From Candidatus Woesearchaeota archaeon (lineage in GTDB: Archaea; Nanobdellota; Nanobdellia; Woesearchaeales; JACPIF01), in contig JACPIF010000010.1 in assembly GCA_016188215.1 (NCBI GenBank), positions 43,174 to 107,173 on the forward strand: a stretch of 64,000 nt of DNA. The letters are read 5' to 3'. This document shows, piece after piece, positions 48,229 to 58,509 of this stretch (position 1 is its first letter; every line of letters begins with the position of its first letter). Position numbers and translations under genes: made by a program. Below the pieces are notes generated by a model that was not told the DNA's origin, did not search any database, and was given only the letters and a program-made list of their open reading frames with translations.

Positions 48229-48660
48229 CATCTCCTTCTTCCACAGCATTTTCTCAAGGCTCAACGGTCCTGGTCCTGAAACTATCAGTGCCAGTGCTAT
48301 GCCGAGCAGCCCCAGGTCGAGCTCGTAGCCGCCCAGGAGGCCCATGGCCCACTTGACCTTCCAGATAGCTACAATCATGACAATAGCTATCAGCGCAGCT
48401 GCGTACCTGGTGAAGATACCAAGGAGCACTGCAATGCCGCCGACAAATTCAACGAGCGCCACAAGGTAGGCTGTTGCTGTCACCGCGGGAAATCCTAAGC
48501 TGGTGAGCATGCCCATCCAGGCTTCCATGCCGGGCATCATGCCAAATAATTTGCCCCACCCATGGGCAATAAATACAATACCCAACACAACACGAAGAAT
48601 AACAGGTGCCCAATCACTGTGCTTTGACAGTTGTTTGCTCCACATCATATCCACCTCCAA
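48226..48660 (-). CDS. DoxX-family membrane protein
   Basis: APVILRVVLGIVFIAHGWGKL.. fits the DoxX four-TM pattern. Confidence 0.65.
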   Translation of the reverse strand: MEVDMMWSKQLSKHSDWAPVILRVVLGIVFIAHGWGKLFGMMPGMEAWMGMLTSLGFPAVTATAYLVALVEFVGGIAVLLGIFTRYAAALIAIVMIVAIWKVKWAMGLLGGYELDLGLLGIALALIVSGPGPLSLEKMLWKKEM

Positions 48661-48725
48661 TAGTCTGATATATAGTAATTAAAAGGTGTATTCTATTATA
48701 ATATTAAAAGATTTCTATATTAAAG

Positions 48726-49133
48726 TTATATTAAAGAGAATAAAACAGCAATCATGAGATTAATAGCAGCAGAGCCCAAACATACCATGCATCTAGTCTT
48801 TAGCTTTGCTACCAGAATGTATGTCAGATATAGGGACATGGCTGCTACGAACCACACTAATGCCAGAAAGGGAATCCTGTATCCGCTATCAGTAAAGAAC
48901 AGGGTAAAGCTTACTGCAATCAGCGCAGCGTAATAAAAAACTGAGAGCACATAATTTGGCACATAGAATATGCGCGCATACCTTGTTTTGACCAGTGAGG
49001 TACACTTGTCTCCTGCACACAGCATTGTATGCCTGTGCTCTTCTTTTCTGAGATGGTGCGTATAGATGAAATGCGCATTAAGCAGGAAGCCGAGGAGTGC
49101 AAGGGCTCTGATGGTATAAATAGGCAACGCCAT
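48726..49133 (-). CDS. vitamin K epoxide reductase (VKOR)-family thiol oxidoreductase
   Basis: It has the loop Cys pair CAGDKC and the TM4 active site CMVCLGSA, with 4 TM helices. Confidence 0.6.
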   Translation of the reverse strand: MALPIYTIRALALLGFLLNAHFIYTHHLRKEEHRHTMLCAGDKCTSLVKTRYARIFYVPNYVLSVFYYAALIAVSFTLFFTDSGYRIPFLALVWFVAAMSLYLTYILVAKLKTRCMVCLGSAAINLMIAVLFSLI

Positions 49134-49249
49134 GACAAGATAATGATATTGAAGATATTAAAGCTTGCCTGAGTCCTTCTAAGTGAAGCAGCTTAGCCAT
49201 TTCAAAAACCAAAAGTATTATATACTATGAACTTTTACTAGGAATTACT

Positions 49250-49492
49250 ATGGGAATCTCAAAAATCACAAGGAATTTCCAGGTGACGCTGCCCAGGGAT
49301 GTGAGGGAACTTAAGAACCTCCGTGTTGGCGAGAAAGTCCTGTTTGTAATAGAAGGCAGCAGGGTTGATCTCGTTAAAATTGATAAGAACATTATAAAGG
49401 ATGCTGCTGGTCTGTGGGCAGGACAGAAGGAAACAGGCATTGCATATGAAGCAAGGTTAAGGAAAGGGTGGGTTAAACGGCAGGCAGCATAA
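49250..49492 (+). CDS. vapB: AbrB/SpoVT/MazE-type antitoxin
   Basis: KITRNFQVTLPRDVRELKNLRVGEKVLFVIEG is the swapped-hairpin motif. A PIN gene follows. Confidence 0.6.
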   Translation: MGISKITRNFQVTLPRDVRELKNLRVGEKVLFVIEGSRVDLVKIDKNIIKDAAGLWAGQKETGIAYEARLRKGWVKRQAA

Positions 49493-49863
49493 TTCTTTTA
49501 GACACCAATATCTTTGTTGATCATCTTAGGAATTATCCTCCTGCTGTACACTTTTTTGGCTCTTTGTCCACTAATGAGGGGATTATTTTTTCGGCAATAA
49601 CTGAGGCAGAGCTGCTTGCGGGCAAGGCAAACAGTGATAATGATAAAAGAGAAAGGCTTTTACATTTTCTTCACCGATGGGATAAGAAAGTTGTAGACAA
49701 TGCAGTTTCGGCTCTTGCCGGGGATATAAGCAGGACTTACGGCCTTTCCATACCAGATGCAATAATAGCAGCAACCTGCATACTTAATAATGCAGAGCTC
49801 TTAACTAAAAACCTCAAGGATTTTAAGAAATTAAAAGAGTTAAAAATGCGCAGCCCTTACTAG
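49489..49863 (+). CDS. vapC: PIN-domain toxin VapC whose ancestral ATG start appears mutated to ATA
   Basis: The frame reads (I)ILLDTNIFVDHLRNYP..FSAITEAELLAG..AIIAATCILNNAELLTKN with PIN motifs. The first in-frame ATG is 25 codons in, after the catalytic Asp. The junction cATAAtt equals an ATGA overlap with G>A. Confidence 0.5.
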   Translation: MILLDTNIFVDHLRNYPPAVHFFGSLSTNEGIIFSAITEAELLAGKANSDNDKRERLLHFLHRWDKKVVDNAVSALAGDISRTYGLSIPDAIIAATCILNNAELLTKNLKDFKKLKELKMRSPY

Positions 49864-50079
49864 CATTACCCAAACCTTAGCATGATGCTATCGCTGCCTC
49901 CAATATCTTTTTCTGCAGGATTAGGGGTACGGTGCACCGTATAGCCTCTAAATGAAAGAATAGCGAGCTCAACAGAACTCGCAAACATTCTTCTTACTGC
50001 TCTTTGGCTGCTGCCTTTCTTTGGATTTCTTCATGTTTTTCACCTCTTTGGTTCCTTTATTTGTTGAACACTTTAACAT

Positions 50080-50165
50080 GTACCGCGCCGGCGTTGGATA
50101 GCGCTCGCTTACGGCTCGCGCGCTAAACAAGTCCTGCGGACGGCACTGGCGCACTGGTGATTCCT
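50080..50165. other. GC-rich island downstream of kefB-like gene (related to 36321-36446)
   Basis: In reverse complement it reads agtgcgc..gcgcgagc..gcgagcgct..gcgcggtaca, the same motif order as 36391-36446. Confidence 0.25.
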
Positions 50166-50173
50166 AACCTGCT

Positions 50174-52129
50174 TTACTGCTTCTTCTGCACCTCTACTTC
50201 CTTCTCCAGGAATAGCTCGTGATGCTCCTCAATATGGAGCTTCTGGGGGTCCTTGACCTCAACTACTTTCTTCAGGTCCTGGGAGACCTCGTTAATGATG
50301 TCCTGGGCTGTAATCATGGTGTCTACAGCTGTCTTCTGCACCTTATGGGCGACTTTACTGCTCTCGCCTATCTTGTGCGTTATGTTCTTCAGGAAGGTGT
50401 CAATCTCTACCATCATGGTGTCCTGCTCATACAGCTTCCTCTGCATGTATTCCTTCTTACGCAGCTCTTCTATATGGTTAAGCTTGGAATTGACAATTGA
50501 GTTTAGATCCTTGTTTACAGACTCTACAATAAGGCTGACTTGTTTTTCTCCGAGATAGTTTGGCAGTATGACATAGTCTGCGCCTTCGTTGTACAGGTCT
50601 AAGGAGTCTTTTACCTTATTAGCAGTAAGGATGACAACTGCTTTCCTGTTTGCCTCTCTAGTCTTTTTGATTAGCACCATGCTGTTGAATATGTCTGGAA
50701 TAGTTGATATCACTATCTGGACTTTCTCAAAATTGACTTTCTCAAGCACATCAACCTGGCTTATGTCACCATAGAGGCAGTTCATGGATTGGGTCTTGAG
50801 AGATTTTATCACATTAGGATTGTTATCAATGACCAGCACATCCTTCTTTGCCTCCTTAAACCTGCTTATGAGCGCAGGATCAAGGTTCTCATAGCCATAT
50901 ACTACCACTTCTGCATCACTCTTGCCTGCCTCAAGCACATGCCCTGGCCTGAAAAATCTGTCAAGGAATTTCATATTCTCAAAATAGCGGTGATATATGA
51001 ACAGGTTGTACTTTATAGCGTATGAAGAGAGCGCCATGCTTACTATTATCAACAGTATTGTAAGAGAGAGCATGCTGCTGTCCACATGGCCTAATAAGAT
51101 GCCTTGTGCAACAACTATCAAGCCGAACTCGCTTATCTGGCCAAGGCCTATACCTGAATAAACTGCTGTCTTCTTGTCATAGCCCTGCCATATAACTAGG
51201 AATATGATCAGTAATGGCTTCAGGATGAATGTTATGCCTAGCAGCACAAGCAGTGGTATGAATACAGTCTTTATTGTTGAAGGGACTATCTGTATGCCTA
51301 ATGAGACAAAGAACAGTGCATTGAAGAATATTGCAAGGCTCTTTATCCTTGAAGTTAGGTCTAGTGAATATGGAAGGTTCGCTATCATGACGCCTGCAAG
51401 GAATGCTCCTATTGATACTGAGAAGCCAAGGTAGCTTGCAACCATGGTAAGTACAAAGCAGAGCGCTAAGCTGGCTACAAACAGGAGCTCCTGATACTTT
51501 GCTGTGAAGTCAAACAGCCTGTTAAGCAGGAACCTGCTCATGAAGTAGGCTGTTGCAAGCAGCAGGATACCTTTGCCTAAGTAGGATGGTATGTATAATA
51601 TTGAAAAATTGCTCAGGTTTGATAATAATGATAGCGCAACTATAACCATTATATCCTGCAATACCAAGATACCGACTATTATCCTACCGTGCAGCGTGTC
51701 AATCTCTTTTTTTTCTGCAAGTAAAGAGACAACCAAGAGTGTTGAGCTGAATGCGAGGACAACAGCAAGGTATATAGATTGTATCCAGGTGAAGCCTATC
51801 ACCTTTACAATGCCTATGCTGAATAAAAACGTAAGTAGGATCTGAAGGCTGCCAGCAAGCAGCACGACTCTGCCCACTTCCTTGAGCTTGTTTATATTTA
51901 GCTCTAAGCCCACTACAAATAAGAGGAAGGTTATGCCAAGCTCTGAGAGCGATATGATGGTCTCTTCACTGCTTATGAAATTCAAGCCGAACGGGCCGAT
52001 AGCTAAGCCTGCGAATATGTACGCAAGTATCATGGGCTGCTTGAAGTACTTTATGATAATGCCTGCAAGCGCCGCGAACACGATTATGATTCCTATATCT
52101 CTCAGGATGTACTCTACCATTGCCACCAC
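50174..52129 (-). CDS. CPA2-family cation:proton antiporter with TrkA-N/RCK domain and coiled-coil C-terminal extension (KefB-like)
   Basis: There are 12-13 TM helices (AYIFAGLAIGPFGLNFI..). The RCK Rossmann is VVVYGYENL..VLVIDNNP. The C-terminus is acidic and Lys-rich. Confidence 0.8.
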   Translation of the reverse strand: MVAMVEYILRDIGIIIVFAALAGIIIKYFKQPMILAYIFAGLAIGPFGLNFISSEETIISLSELGITFLLFVVGLELNINKLKEVGRVVLLAGSLQILLTFLFSIGIVKVIGFTWIQSIYLAVVLAFSSTLLVVSLLAEKKEIDTLHGRIIVGILVLQDIMVIVALSLLSNLSNFSILYIPSYLGKGILLLATAYFMSRFLLNRLFDFTAKYQELLFVASLALCFVLTMVASYLGFSVSIGAFLAGVMIANLPYSLDLTSRIKSLAIFFNALFFVSLGIQIVPSTIKTVFIPLLVLLGITFILKPLLIIFLVIWQGYDKKTAVYSGIGLGQISEFGLIVVAQGILLGHVDSSMLSLTILLIIVSMALSSYAIKYNLFIYHRYFENMKFLDRFFRPGHVLEAGKSDAEVVVYGYENLDPALISRFKEAKKDVLVIDNNPNVIKSLKTQSMNCLYGDISQVDVLEKVNFEKVQIVISTIPDIFNSMVLIKKTREANRKAVVILTANKVKDSLDLYNEGADYVILPNYLGEKQVSLIVESVNKDLNSIVNSKLNHIEELRKKEYMQRKLYEQDTMMVEIDTFLKNITHKIGESSKVAHKVQKTAVDTMITAQDIINEVSQDLKKVVEVKDPQKLHIEEHHELFLEKEVEVQKKQ

Positions 52130-52370
52130 CCCACTTATTTACTCGAGGGAAGCCCTCTGTGCTGGTTCAAACTGCTCAAGAATGAAATGCAGGAATTTGT
52201 GGAATTCCTGATGCCTGTTGTCGCTGCTCATAGTTGCTCACCGCTGGTCACTACCTTACCACCTGTATCTTTCTTCTCTCTGTGAATTTTATTGGTTATT
52301 ACTAGTATACTAATTAGTATACTGATATATAAATTTAATGGTTCAAATAGGAAATGATATATGAAAAGAA

Positions 52371-52736
52371 TCAAAAGAGCATGTCTTCGCTTTTTTCCTT
52401 GTCGTATATTCCATTGAACTTAAAGAAATCTTCACTTACTTTAAAGCCGTACAGAATAATCATCTCTTTCCTTATGATTGCCTGCATAATAATTTCAGAG
52501 AGCCTCTGGCAAGTCTTCTTTTCTACCATAACAGAGCTTGCTTTCATATGTTGCGCATCACTCTCCCTATTTGCATCTACCTCCAAATTAGAAAAAATTG
52601 ATGCTGAATTGCAATTCGTATTTAATTGGTAGGGATAAAGTTTGATGGGCGGTGTGATCCTTTGGCCGTATGCAGGTGCGGCTACAAGAATCCCCAATAA
52701 GCCAATGGCAATGGCTTTGTTTATCATCTTCTTCAA
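52371..52736 (-). CDS. small secreted protein
   Basis: A signal peptide (LGILVAAPAYG) is present. No family is recognised. Confidence 0.4.
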   Translation of the reverse strand: MKKMINKAIAIGLLGILVAAPAYGQRITPPIKLYPYQLNTNCNSASIFSNLEVDANRESDAQHMKASSVMVEKKTCQRLSEIIMQAIIRKEMIILYGFKVSEDFFKFNGIYDKEKSEDMLF

Positions 52737-52841
52737 GGATATTGGATTCTATTTAAATACATCTTGCCGGTTCCCGGTTGTCAGGAAAGATTTATATATA
52801 AATTCAAGAATATATTTGCAAATACATATAACCCCTAGGAG

Positions 52842-53204
52842 GTGGTTTATATCGCAGACGTACAAAAGACATATGCGATGGTTTTGGGTGCAGTCTTAGT
52901 TCTAGTTGGTTTGCTGGGTTTTGTTATGGAAAGCCCATTGTTAGGACTCTTCGGCGTTAACGCTGCCCAGAATATATTGCATCTGGTTGGCGGAGCACTT
53001 GGATTATGGCTCGGCTACAAAGGATCAGGAAAGGCCTACAACATGTGGACCGGTATAATTGCTGCAGTCGTTGCAGTAATGTGGTGGGTCCCTGGCGCAA
53101 GTGGGTTGCTGGTGAGCGTCTTCAATATCAACGCAACCATAACATACCTGCATGCAGCCATTGCAGTGGTATCACTGGCAGTAGCATTTGGGGTAAAGGA
53201 ATAA
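52842..53204 (+). CDS. DUF4383-like small membrane protein
   Basis: KTYAMVLGAVLVLVGLLGF..VNAAQNILHLVGGALG fits the family. The start is uncertain (a GTG inside AGGAGGTG). Confidence 0.45.
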   Translation: MVYIADVQKTYAMVLGAVLVLVGLLGFVMESPLLGLFGVNAAQNILHLVGGALGLWLGYKGSGKAYNMWTGIIAAVVAVMWWVPGASGLLVSVFNINATITYLHAAIAVVSLAVAFGVKE

Positions 53205-53515
53205 GTCCTTTATTTCCTTTTTTATTTTATTCTTCTCATTAAGAACCAAATCAGTTTTGAACAGGCGTCGCAGACTCCCGAAATGGACATATCAGTTCTA
53301 AGTGGTTTCACAGAGCAATAAATTTGGCTCTAAATTAGGCAGCTTCTTTCACAGATACAATGCTCATTATTAGTCTAGCATGGTTAAACAAGAGTGCAAA
53401 TAATGCAAAGACGAAATGTGCAGGAACTAAATTTCAACAAGTCCTCAGGCGGCGGACAGCCTCCTGCAAATCTTATATGTAAAGTAATAAATATAACCTT
53501 TATCTAAAGAAATAT

Positions 53516-53755
53516 GTGGATAAGAAAAGGCTCATTGACACAATCGGGATTATACTGCTGTTCATAGGCATGTTCTATGCATTCCTGCCGCATGCTTTAC
53601 ATGGTGTAGTGCTTGGCTCTTTGGATGATGAGTCAAGCCATTTGAAGCATGTTGTGGTAGGGATAACTTTGGTTGTGGTTTCCCTAGGAATGCTCGTATA
53701 CAGCAATAGGAGACTAGATGATGGCAAAAAAAGAAACATTCGGCGGAAGCGCTAA
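53516..53755 (+). CDS. small membrane protein
   Basis: The product has 2 TM and a basic tail. It overlaps the next gene start. Confidence 0.3.
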   Translation: MDKKRLIDTIGIILLFIGMFYAFLPHALHGVVLGSLDDESSHLKHVVVGITLVVVSLGMLVYSNRRLDDGKKRNIRRKR

Positions 53756-54383
53756 AACAGGCGCATCACTGTTGTCAGGCATTGAGCGGAAATTAGTCCA
53801 AAAGTATGTTTCGTATATACCACCATGGCTTGAGACTTATCATCTTACCCTGCTCACTATCCTCTGGAGCCTGCTTATCATTGCGTTCAGCTACCTTGCC
53901 AGGTCTGACATTAAATGGCTGTGGCTTGTCTCACTATGTATAATACTGCAATACATCAGCGATTTGTTTGACGGTGCAGTAGGCAGATACAGGGATACAG
54001 GGCTTGTAAAGTGGGGCTATTACATGGACCACTTTCTGGATTATGTCTTTCTCTGCTCTGTCCTTATTGGCTATTCGCTGATCCTGCCAGGCAACTTCTA
54101 TCTTCTGTTTTTCATCCTCGCTATTTTCGGCGCATTCATGGTGAATTCCTACCTCTCTTTTGCCGCTACCAACGAATTCAAGATAGCATACCTAAAGATA
54201 GGCCCGACTGAAGTCAGAATCATCTTTATCATCATCAATACTTCACTGATAATGTTTGGAAGAATCTATATGGCGAAGGCTTTGCCCTACATTCTCATAC
54301 TCTCACTTCTCGGGCTCTGCGTTGTGGTGTACAGAACCCAGAGCTATATATGGGGCATTGACATGGCGAATAAGAAGAAATAA
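53718..54383 (+). CDS. CDP-alcohol phosphatidyltransferase family protein
   Basis: The motif D-G-x2-A-R (SDLFDGAVGRYRD) is followed by G..D...D spacing, with multiple TM helices. Confidence 0.65.
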   Translation: MMAKKETFGGSAKTGASLLSGIERKLVQKYVSYIPPWLETYHLTLLTILWSLLIIAFSYLARSDIKWLWLVSLCIILQYISDLFDGAVGRYRDTGLVKWGYYMDHFLDYVFLCSVLIGYSLILPGNFYLLFFILAIFGAFMVNSYLSFAATNEFKIAYLKIGPTEVRIIFIIINTSLIMFGRIYMAKALPYILILSLLGLCVVVYRTQSYIWGIDMANKKK

Positions 54384-56000
54384 TTATTTCTTTCTGAATT
54401 TACCTTTCTCAATATCCTCTATCGTATGCTTGAAATCCGCATCCTTGGCTGGCTTCTCGAGCTTGTGCTCCTGCTCTTCCTCAACGACGCGCTTCACGAA
54501 CTGCTGCACGTATTTCTCTTTTTCAGGCCCTGCATCCTTAGTATCAGGCTTCTTGGGCCGCAGCTGCGGCTGCTTCTCTTTTTTCGGCTGCCTGTCAATG
54601 ATAAAGGGATGCATTGAGCCGCCTTCGCTGGGGCGTATTGCAAGGAATCTGTTGAATGTAAATATAGTTGAGTGCCCCAGAGGAAGCTCAATCAATCTCA
54701 CTTCCTTCAGTTTAGGGGCAAAGTAGAGTGCCATGACCAATCTAAGCACCCCAGATATTACAAACACTGCAGGGATTGCAGACAATAAAAGGGCATCACG
54801 CAGGTGGTATAATAGGTAGCTTCCCAGGGAAGCCCCTGCTAATAATCCTATTGCAACGTAAAAGTTATAGTATGCAATGCATCTTATCCTGTTTTCCGGC
54901 CGCACTGCATCAAATACAAAGTTAGAGGCTGCAAGATTGAATCCGGCCCATACTGCTCCTGAAAATAATTGCACAAGAACCAGCCACCATATCTTAGTGG
55001 AAAAGACCCAGAGAATGGGTATCCAGGGTATCAACAGCGAGCTGATCAGCATGACCCTCCTTGTCCCCAGCTTGTCAATGGTCTTGCCCCATATGCCAAG
55101 GAACAGAAAGCTGGAAATGACTTCTAAAGCGGTCAGGCTCATGAAGAGGAAGTATGAGAAATGCAGATCCTGCAGCATGTACACGGCAAGGAACGGCGAG
55201 GCGATATGCGCAGCGAACTTAAAGGATGTAATAAATAAGACAAACATACCATAGTTGGTATGTGTCATCTGCCTGGTAAAGTCAAGAAGGGAAAACTCAT
55301 TTTTGATATTTGGTGTGAATGGAGGTTCGTAAATCCTTGACTTGAAATATGCTGATGTGAACCTGAAGATAATTGCAAGGCTGAAGAGTATGGTAAATCC
55401 GACAAAAACATTCCTTGGCTGGAAATAATTGAGGATTAATCCTGCTGCAAACGTCGCAATAAATGTTGCCAATCCCACGAAACGGTTCCTTTTTCCAAAG
55501 AACTCGCCTCGCTGGTTGCTCGGGACGAGATCACCTAAAATGCTGTTCCATACAGGGACAACCAAAGCTCCAATGCCTGCCTGCAATGTTATCAATGCCA
55601 GCAGGAGCCAGGTATTACCATTTGCAATATACGGTATCAGTAGAATCGGGATCCATACTATGGCCTGCAGGAATGCTGCAGCGACCATTATCTTTTTCCG
55701 GCTTTTAATAAGCTTGAGAAGAGCCGGCTCAAAAAGCTGAAAAAAAGCCCCTATCAGTTCAGGGAACGATGCTAAAAGCCCAATAATTGTGTTGGAAGCC
55801 TTGAGTGCGAGCGCGAACGGAATGATGTAGGATTGTGTCAAGCCCTGCATGACTGAGCTGGCCATTGCATCCTTGATAGTAGTGTTAAGGCTTTTTTCTA
55901 CCTTAACGTAGCTGGGTTCCTCTTTCTGCTCACCCTTTTTAGGGCCAGCACCCTTTTGCAGCACCTTTTTGCTGCTTTTTGCCTCTTTTTCATCAGCCAT
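54384..56000 (-). CDS. MFS transporter with Lys-rich termini
   Basis: There are 12 predicted TM helices with MFS loop motifs. The N- and C-terminal extensions are Lys/Glu-rich. Confidence 0.7.
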   Translation of the reverse strand: MADEKEAKSSKKVLQKGAGPKKGEQKEEPSYVKVEKSLNTTIKDAMASSVMQGLTQSYIIPFALALKASNTIIGLLASFPELIGAFFQLFEPALLKLIKSRKKIMVAAAFLQAIVWIPILLIPYIANGNTWLLLALITLQAGIGALVVPVWNSILGDLVPSNQRGEFFGKRNRFVGLATFIATFAAGLILNYFQPRNVFVGFTILFSLAIIFRFTSAYFKSRIYEPPFTPNIKNEFSLLDFTRQMTHTNYGMFVLFITSFKFAAHIASPFLAVYMLQDLHFSYFLFMSLTALEVISSFLFLGIWGKTIDKLGTRRVMLISSLLIPWIPILWVFSTKIWWLVLVQLFSGAVWAGFNLAASNFVFDAVRPENRIRCIAYYNFYVAIGLLAGASLGSYLLYHLRDALLLSAIPAVFVISGVLRLVMALYFAPKLKEVRLIELPLGHSTIFTFNRFLAIRPSEGGSMHPFIIDRQPKKEKQPQLRPKKPDTKDAGPEKEKYVQQFVKRVVEEEQEHKLEKPAKDADFKHTIEDIEKGKFRKK

Positions 56001-56240
56001 GAGAGAAACAGTAAATTTTTAGTGAGCTGGTTTATAGATTTTTCTGATAAATGGGCTAATATGGAAGAAAGTTTAAAATGTCCCAACTCTTCTCTACAAT
56101 AATGGCAAATCGCGGAACGGATATAGGAGGGCTTGCTATGCTGCTTATAAGGGCTGCAGTGATAGGTTCCTTAATCTGGATGGGGACTTGTAATAATACT
56201 AATGGCAACACTCCACAATATATCCAGCTTGATAACTACA

Positions 56241-56918
56241 CTAAATCCTATCAGGATAATCAGAAAAAACCCCATCAACCCTATAATCCCGCATCCTATC
56301 AATAAGCCTCATGCTGTTTACAGTCCATACAAAGACCTTTATGCCCTGCTCATGCAGTTCCCTTACCATATCCCTAGTTACAGCTACAAAATGGAGGTGC
56401 ACTGAGTATGGCTTATACTGTTTTATGGCTGCACTAAGATTTCTTGTCGGCTTATTGTACAGAAGCCCAATCCTTATCCGAGGACTCAATTTTTTAATGC
56501 GCAGCAGTTCATCTTTTATAAATGAGGAGACAATGAAATGCCTGTAGCCCCATCGCTTTTTTGAGACGTATTCATTTATGAGCCTGCATACTGGCGCTGC
56601 GCTCCTGCGATCTTTCAGCTCAATGTTGACAGCAGCTTTCTTATTTATAAGATCAAGGGCTTCCCGCAGTGAAGGGATATGCTGGTTCTTGGCCAGCCTT
56701 ATCATCTGGACTGTCTCAAGCGTGTGGTGCGTTATGCTCAGGTATTTGTATCCGACCCAAACCTTCTGGTCGTGGCAGACAACCAATTTCCTATCTTTAG
56801 TCAGCTGTACATCAAGCTCTATGATGTCTGCATCCAGTTCCAGCGCTTTCCTGATTGCAAGGAGCGTGTTGCCGGGCTCGTAGCCGGATGCGCCGCGGTG
56901 GGCTATTGAAAGCATCAT
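56241..56918 (-). CDS. glycerophosphodiester phosphodiesterase
   Basis: IAHRGASGYEPGNTLLAIRKALELDADIIELDVQLTKDRKLVVCHD.. is the GDPD catalytic motif. Confidence 0.75.
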   Translation of the reverse strand: MMLSIAHRGASGYEPGNTLLAIRKALELDADIIELDVQLTKDRKLVVCHDQKVWVGYKYLSITHHTLETVQMIRLAKNQHIPSLREALDLINKKAAVNIELKDRRSAAPVCRLINEYVSKKRWGYRHFIVSSFIKDELLRIKKLSPRIRIGLLYNKPTRNLSAAIKQYKPYSVHLHFVAVTRDMVRELHEQGIKVFVWTVNSMRLIDRMRDYRVDGVFSDYPDRI

Positions 56919-57076
56919 TACTTTCTATTTTTTTAAATAGATATATAAATATAGCCTACGTCAATAACTTCATGGAGAAGTCTAGATTTGGATCACAACC
57001 TAAACTACAGAAATTTAAGAAGAACAACAGAGCAAGGTTTCATGAGTAATACGATTAAACACTTAAACACTAAATC

Positions 57077-57086
57077 TTTATAAATA
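57077..57086 (+). promoter_or_regulatory. TATA box (tttataaata) about 26 nt upstream of srp54 ATG, implying a leaderless mRNA
   Basis: The archaeal TATA consensus occurs at the expected distance, and there is no SD. Confidence 0.4.
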
Positions 57087-57106
57087 ATCACATAATAGCT
57101 TGCACC

Positions 57107-58468
57107 ATGGTATTAGACAAGCTTGGAAGCTCACTGAAAGAGACATTGCAGAAGATAGCCCGCTCTGTGTTTGTAGATGACAAGCTAGTCAATGAATTAG
57201 TTAAAGATATTCAGAGAGCATTGCTGCAGGCTGATGTCAATGTCAGGCTGGTGTTTGAGCTTACTGAGCGGATCAAGCAAAAAGCGTTGAAGGACGAGAC
57301 TCCTACTTCTATCAGCAAGAAAGAGCACCTTGTAAAGATAGTGTATGACGAGCTTGCGCAATTCCTGGGAGGGGAATCTTCAAAGCTTGAGGTAAGCGAT
57401 AAAAAGCCGTTCAAGATCATGCTTGTCGGCCTGTTTGGCTCAGGAAAGACAACTACCTCCGGGAAGTTAGCGCGGTATTTTACAAAAAGGGGGCATAAGG
57501 TTGCGCTGGTCGGCCTGGACATACATCGTCCTGCAGCCATGGAGCAGATAGAGCAGGTTGCAAAGCAGGCGCAGGTTCCTGTTTTTATTGACAAGAAGAT
57601 AAAAGACCCGCTCAAGATATGGGATCACTATGAGAAAGAATTGCATAAATATGATATCCTGATAATTGACACTGCAGGAAGGGACGCGCTTTCTGAAGAT
57701 TTGATTGAAGAGATAGAAGCTGTTAACAAAAGATTGCAGCCTGATGAGAATCTGCTTGTAATTTCAGCTGATATAGGGCAGGCTGCGCAGCGCCAGGCAG
57801 AGCAGTTCCATAAAAGCTGCGGGATCACTGGTGTTATCATAACAAAAATGGACGGCACGGCGAAAGGAGGAGGGGCATTGTCTGCATGTGCCGCTACTCA
57901 CGCGCCTATCAGGTTTATAGGGGTTGGGGAGAAGCTTGATGATTTAGAGCAGTTCAACCCGAAAGGGTTTGTCGGTAGATTGCTGGGGATGGGCGATATT
58001 GAAGCGCTGCTGGAGAAAGCCTCTGGAGCGATAACCGAGGAGGAAGCGCAGGATTTAGGCGAGAAATTCATGAAAGGCGAGTTTTCACTCATTGATCTGT
58101 ACCAGCAGATGGAAGCCATGAAGAAGATGGGAAGCATAGGCAAATTGGTTGAGATGATACCTGGATTTAGCCAGCTGCACATGCCAAAAGAAATGCTTGA
58201 CGTGCAGGAGGGGAAGTTGGAAAAATGGCGCCATGCCATGGATTCAATGACTAAGGAGGAACTGGAGGATCCTGAGGTGATATCTTCTGCACGGATTGAA
58301 AGGATTTCAAAGGGTTCCGGGGTTGCGACTTATGACATACGGGAGATGATAAAGCAATACAGGCAGAGCAAGAAGATGATGAAGATGTTTAAAGGCACCA
58401 AGGACATGGGCAAGATGATGAAGAAGATGCAGGGCATGATGGGCAAGGGCGCCAAATTTACTAGGTAA
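57107..58468 (+). CDS. srp54: signal recognition particle protein SRP54
   Basis: MVLDKLGSSLKETLQKI..LLQADVNVRLV.. is the N-domain. The G domain has GLFGSGKTTT, DTAGR and TKMDG. The M domain is Met-rich. Confidence 0.9.
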   Translation: MVLDKLGSSLKETLQKIARSVFVDDKLVNELVKDIQRALLQADVNVRLVFELTERIKQKALKDETPTSISKKEHLVKIVYDELAQFLGGESSKLEVSDKKPFKIMLVGLFGSGKTTTSGKLARYFTKRGHKVALVGLDIHRPAAMEQIEQVAKQAQVPVFIDKKIKDPLKIWDHYEKELHKYDILIIDTAGRDALSEDLIEEIEAVNKRLQPDENLLVISADIGQAAQRQAEQFHKSCGITGVIITKMDGTAKGGGALSACAATHAPIRFIGVGEKLDDLEQFNPKGFVGRLLGMGDIEALLEKASGAITEEEAQDLGEKFMKGEFSLIDLYQQMEAMKKMGSIGKLVEMIPGFSQLHMPKEMLDVQEGKLEKWRHAMDSMTKEELEDPEVISSARIERISKGSGVATYDIREMIKQYRQSKKMMKMFKGTKDMGKMMKKMQGMMGKGAKFTR

Positions 58469-58509
58469 GAATAGAAATCTTTAATAGCTAGTTCAAGGAT
58501 GATTACCCC

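Noticed and set aside
49969-50154. 61-aa ORF downstream of the kefB-like gene
   Set aside because: It lies across the GC-rich island. Its basic low-complexity product has no start context. It is likely non-coding.
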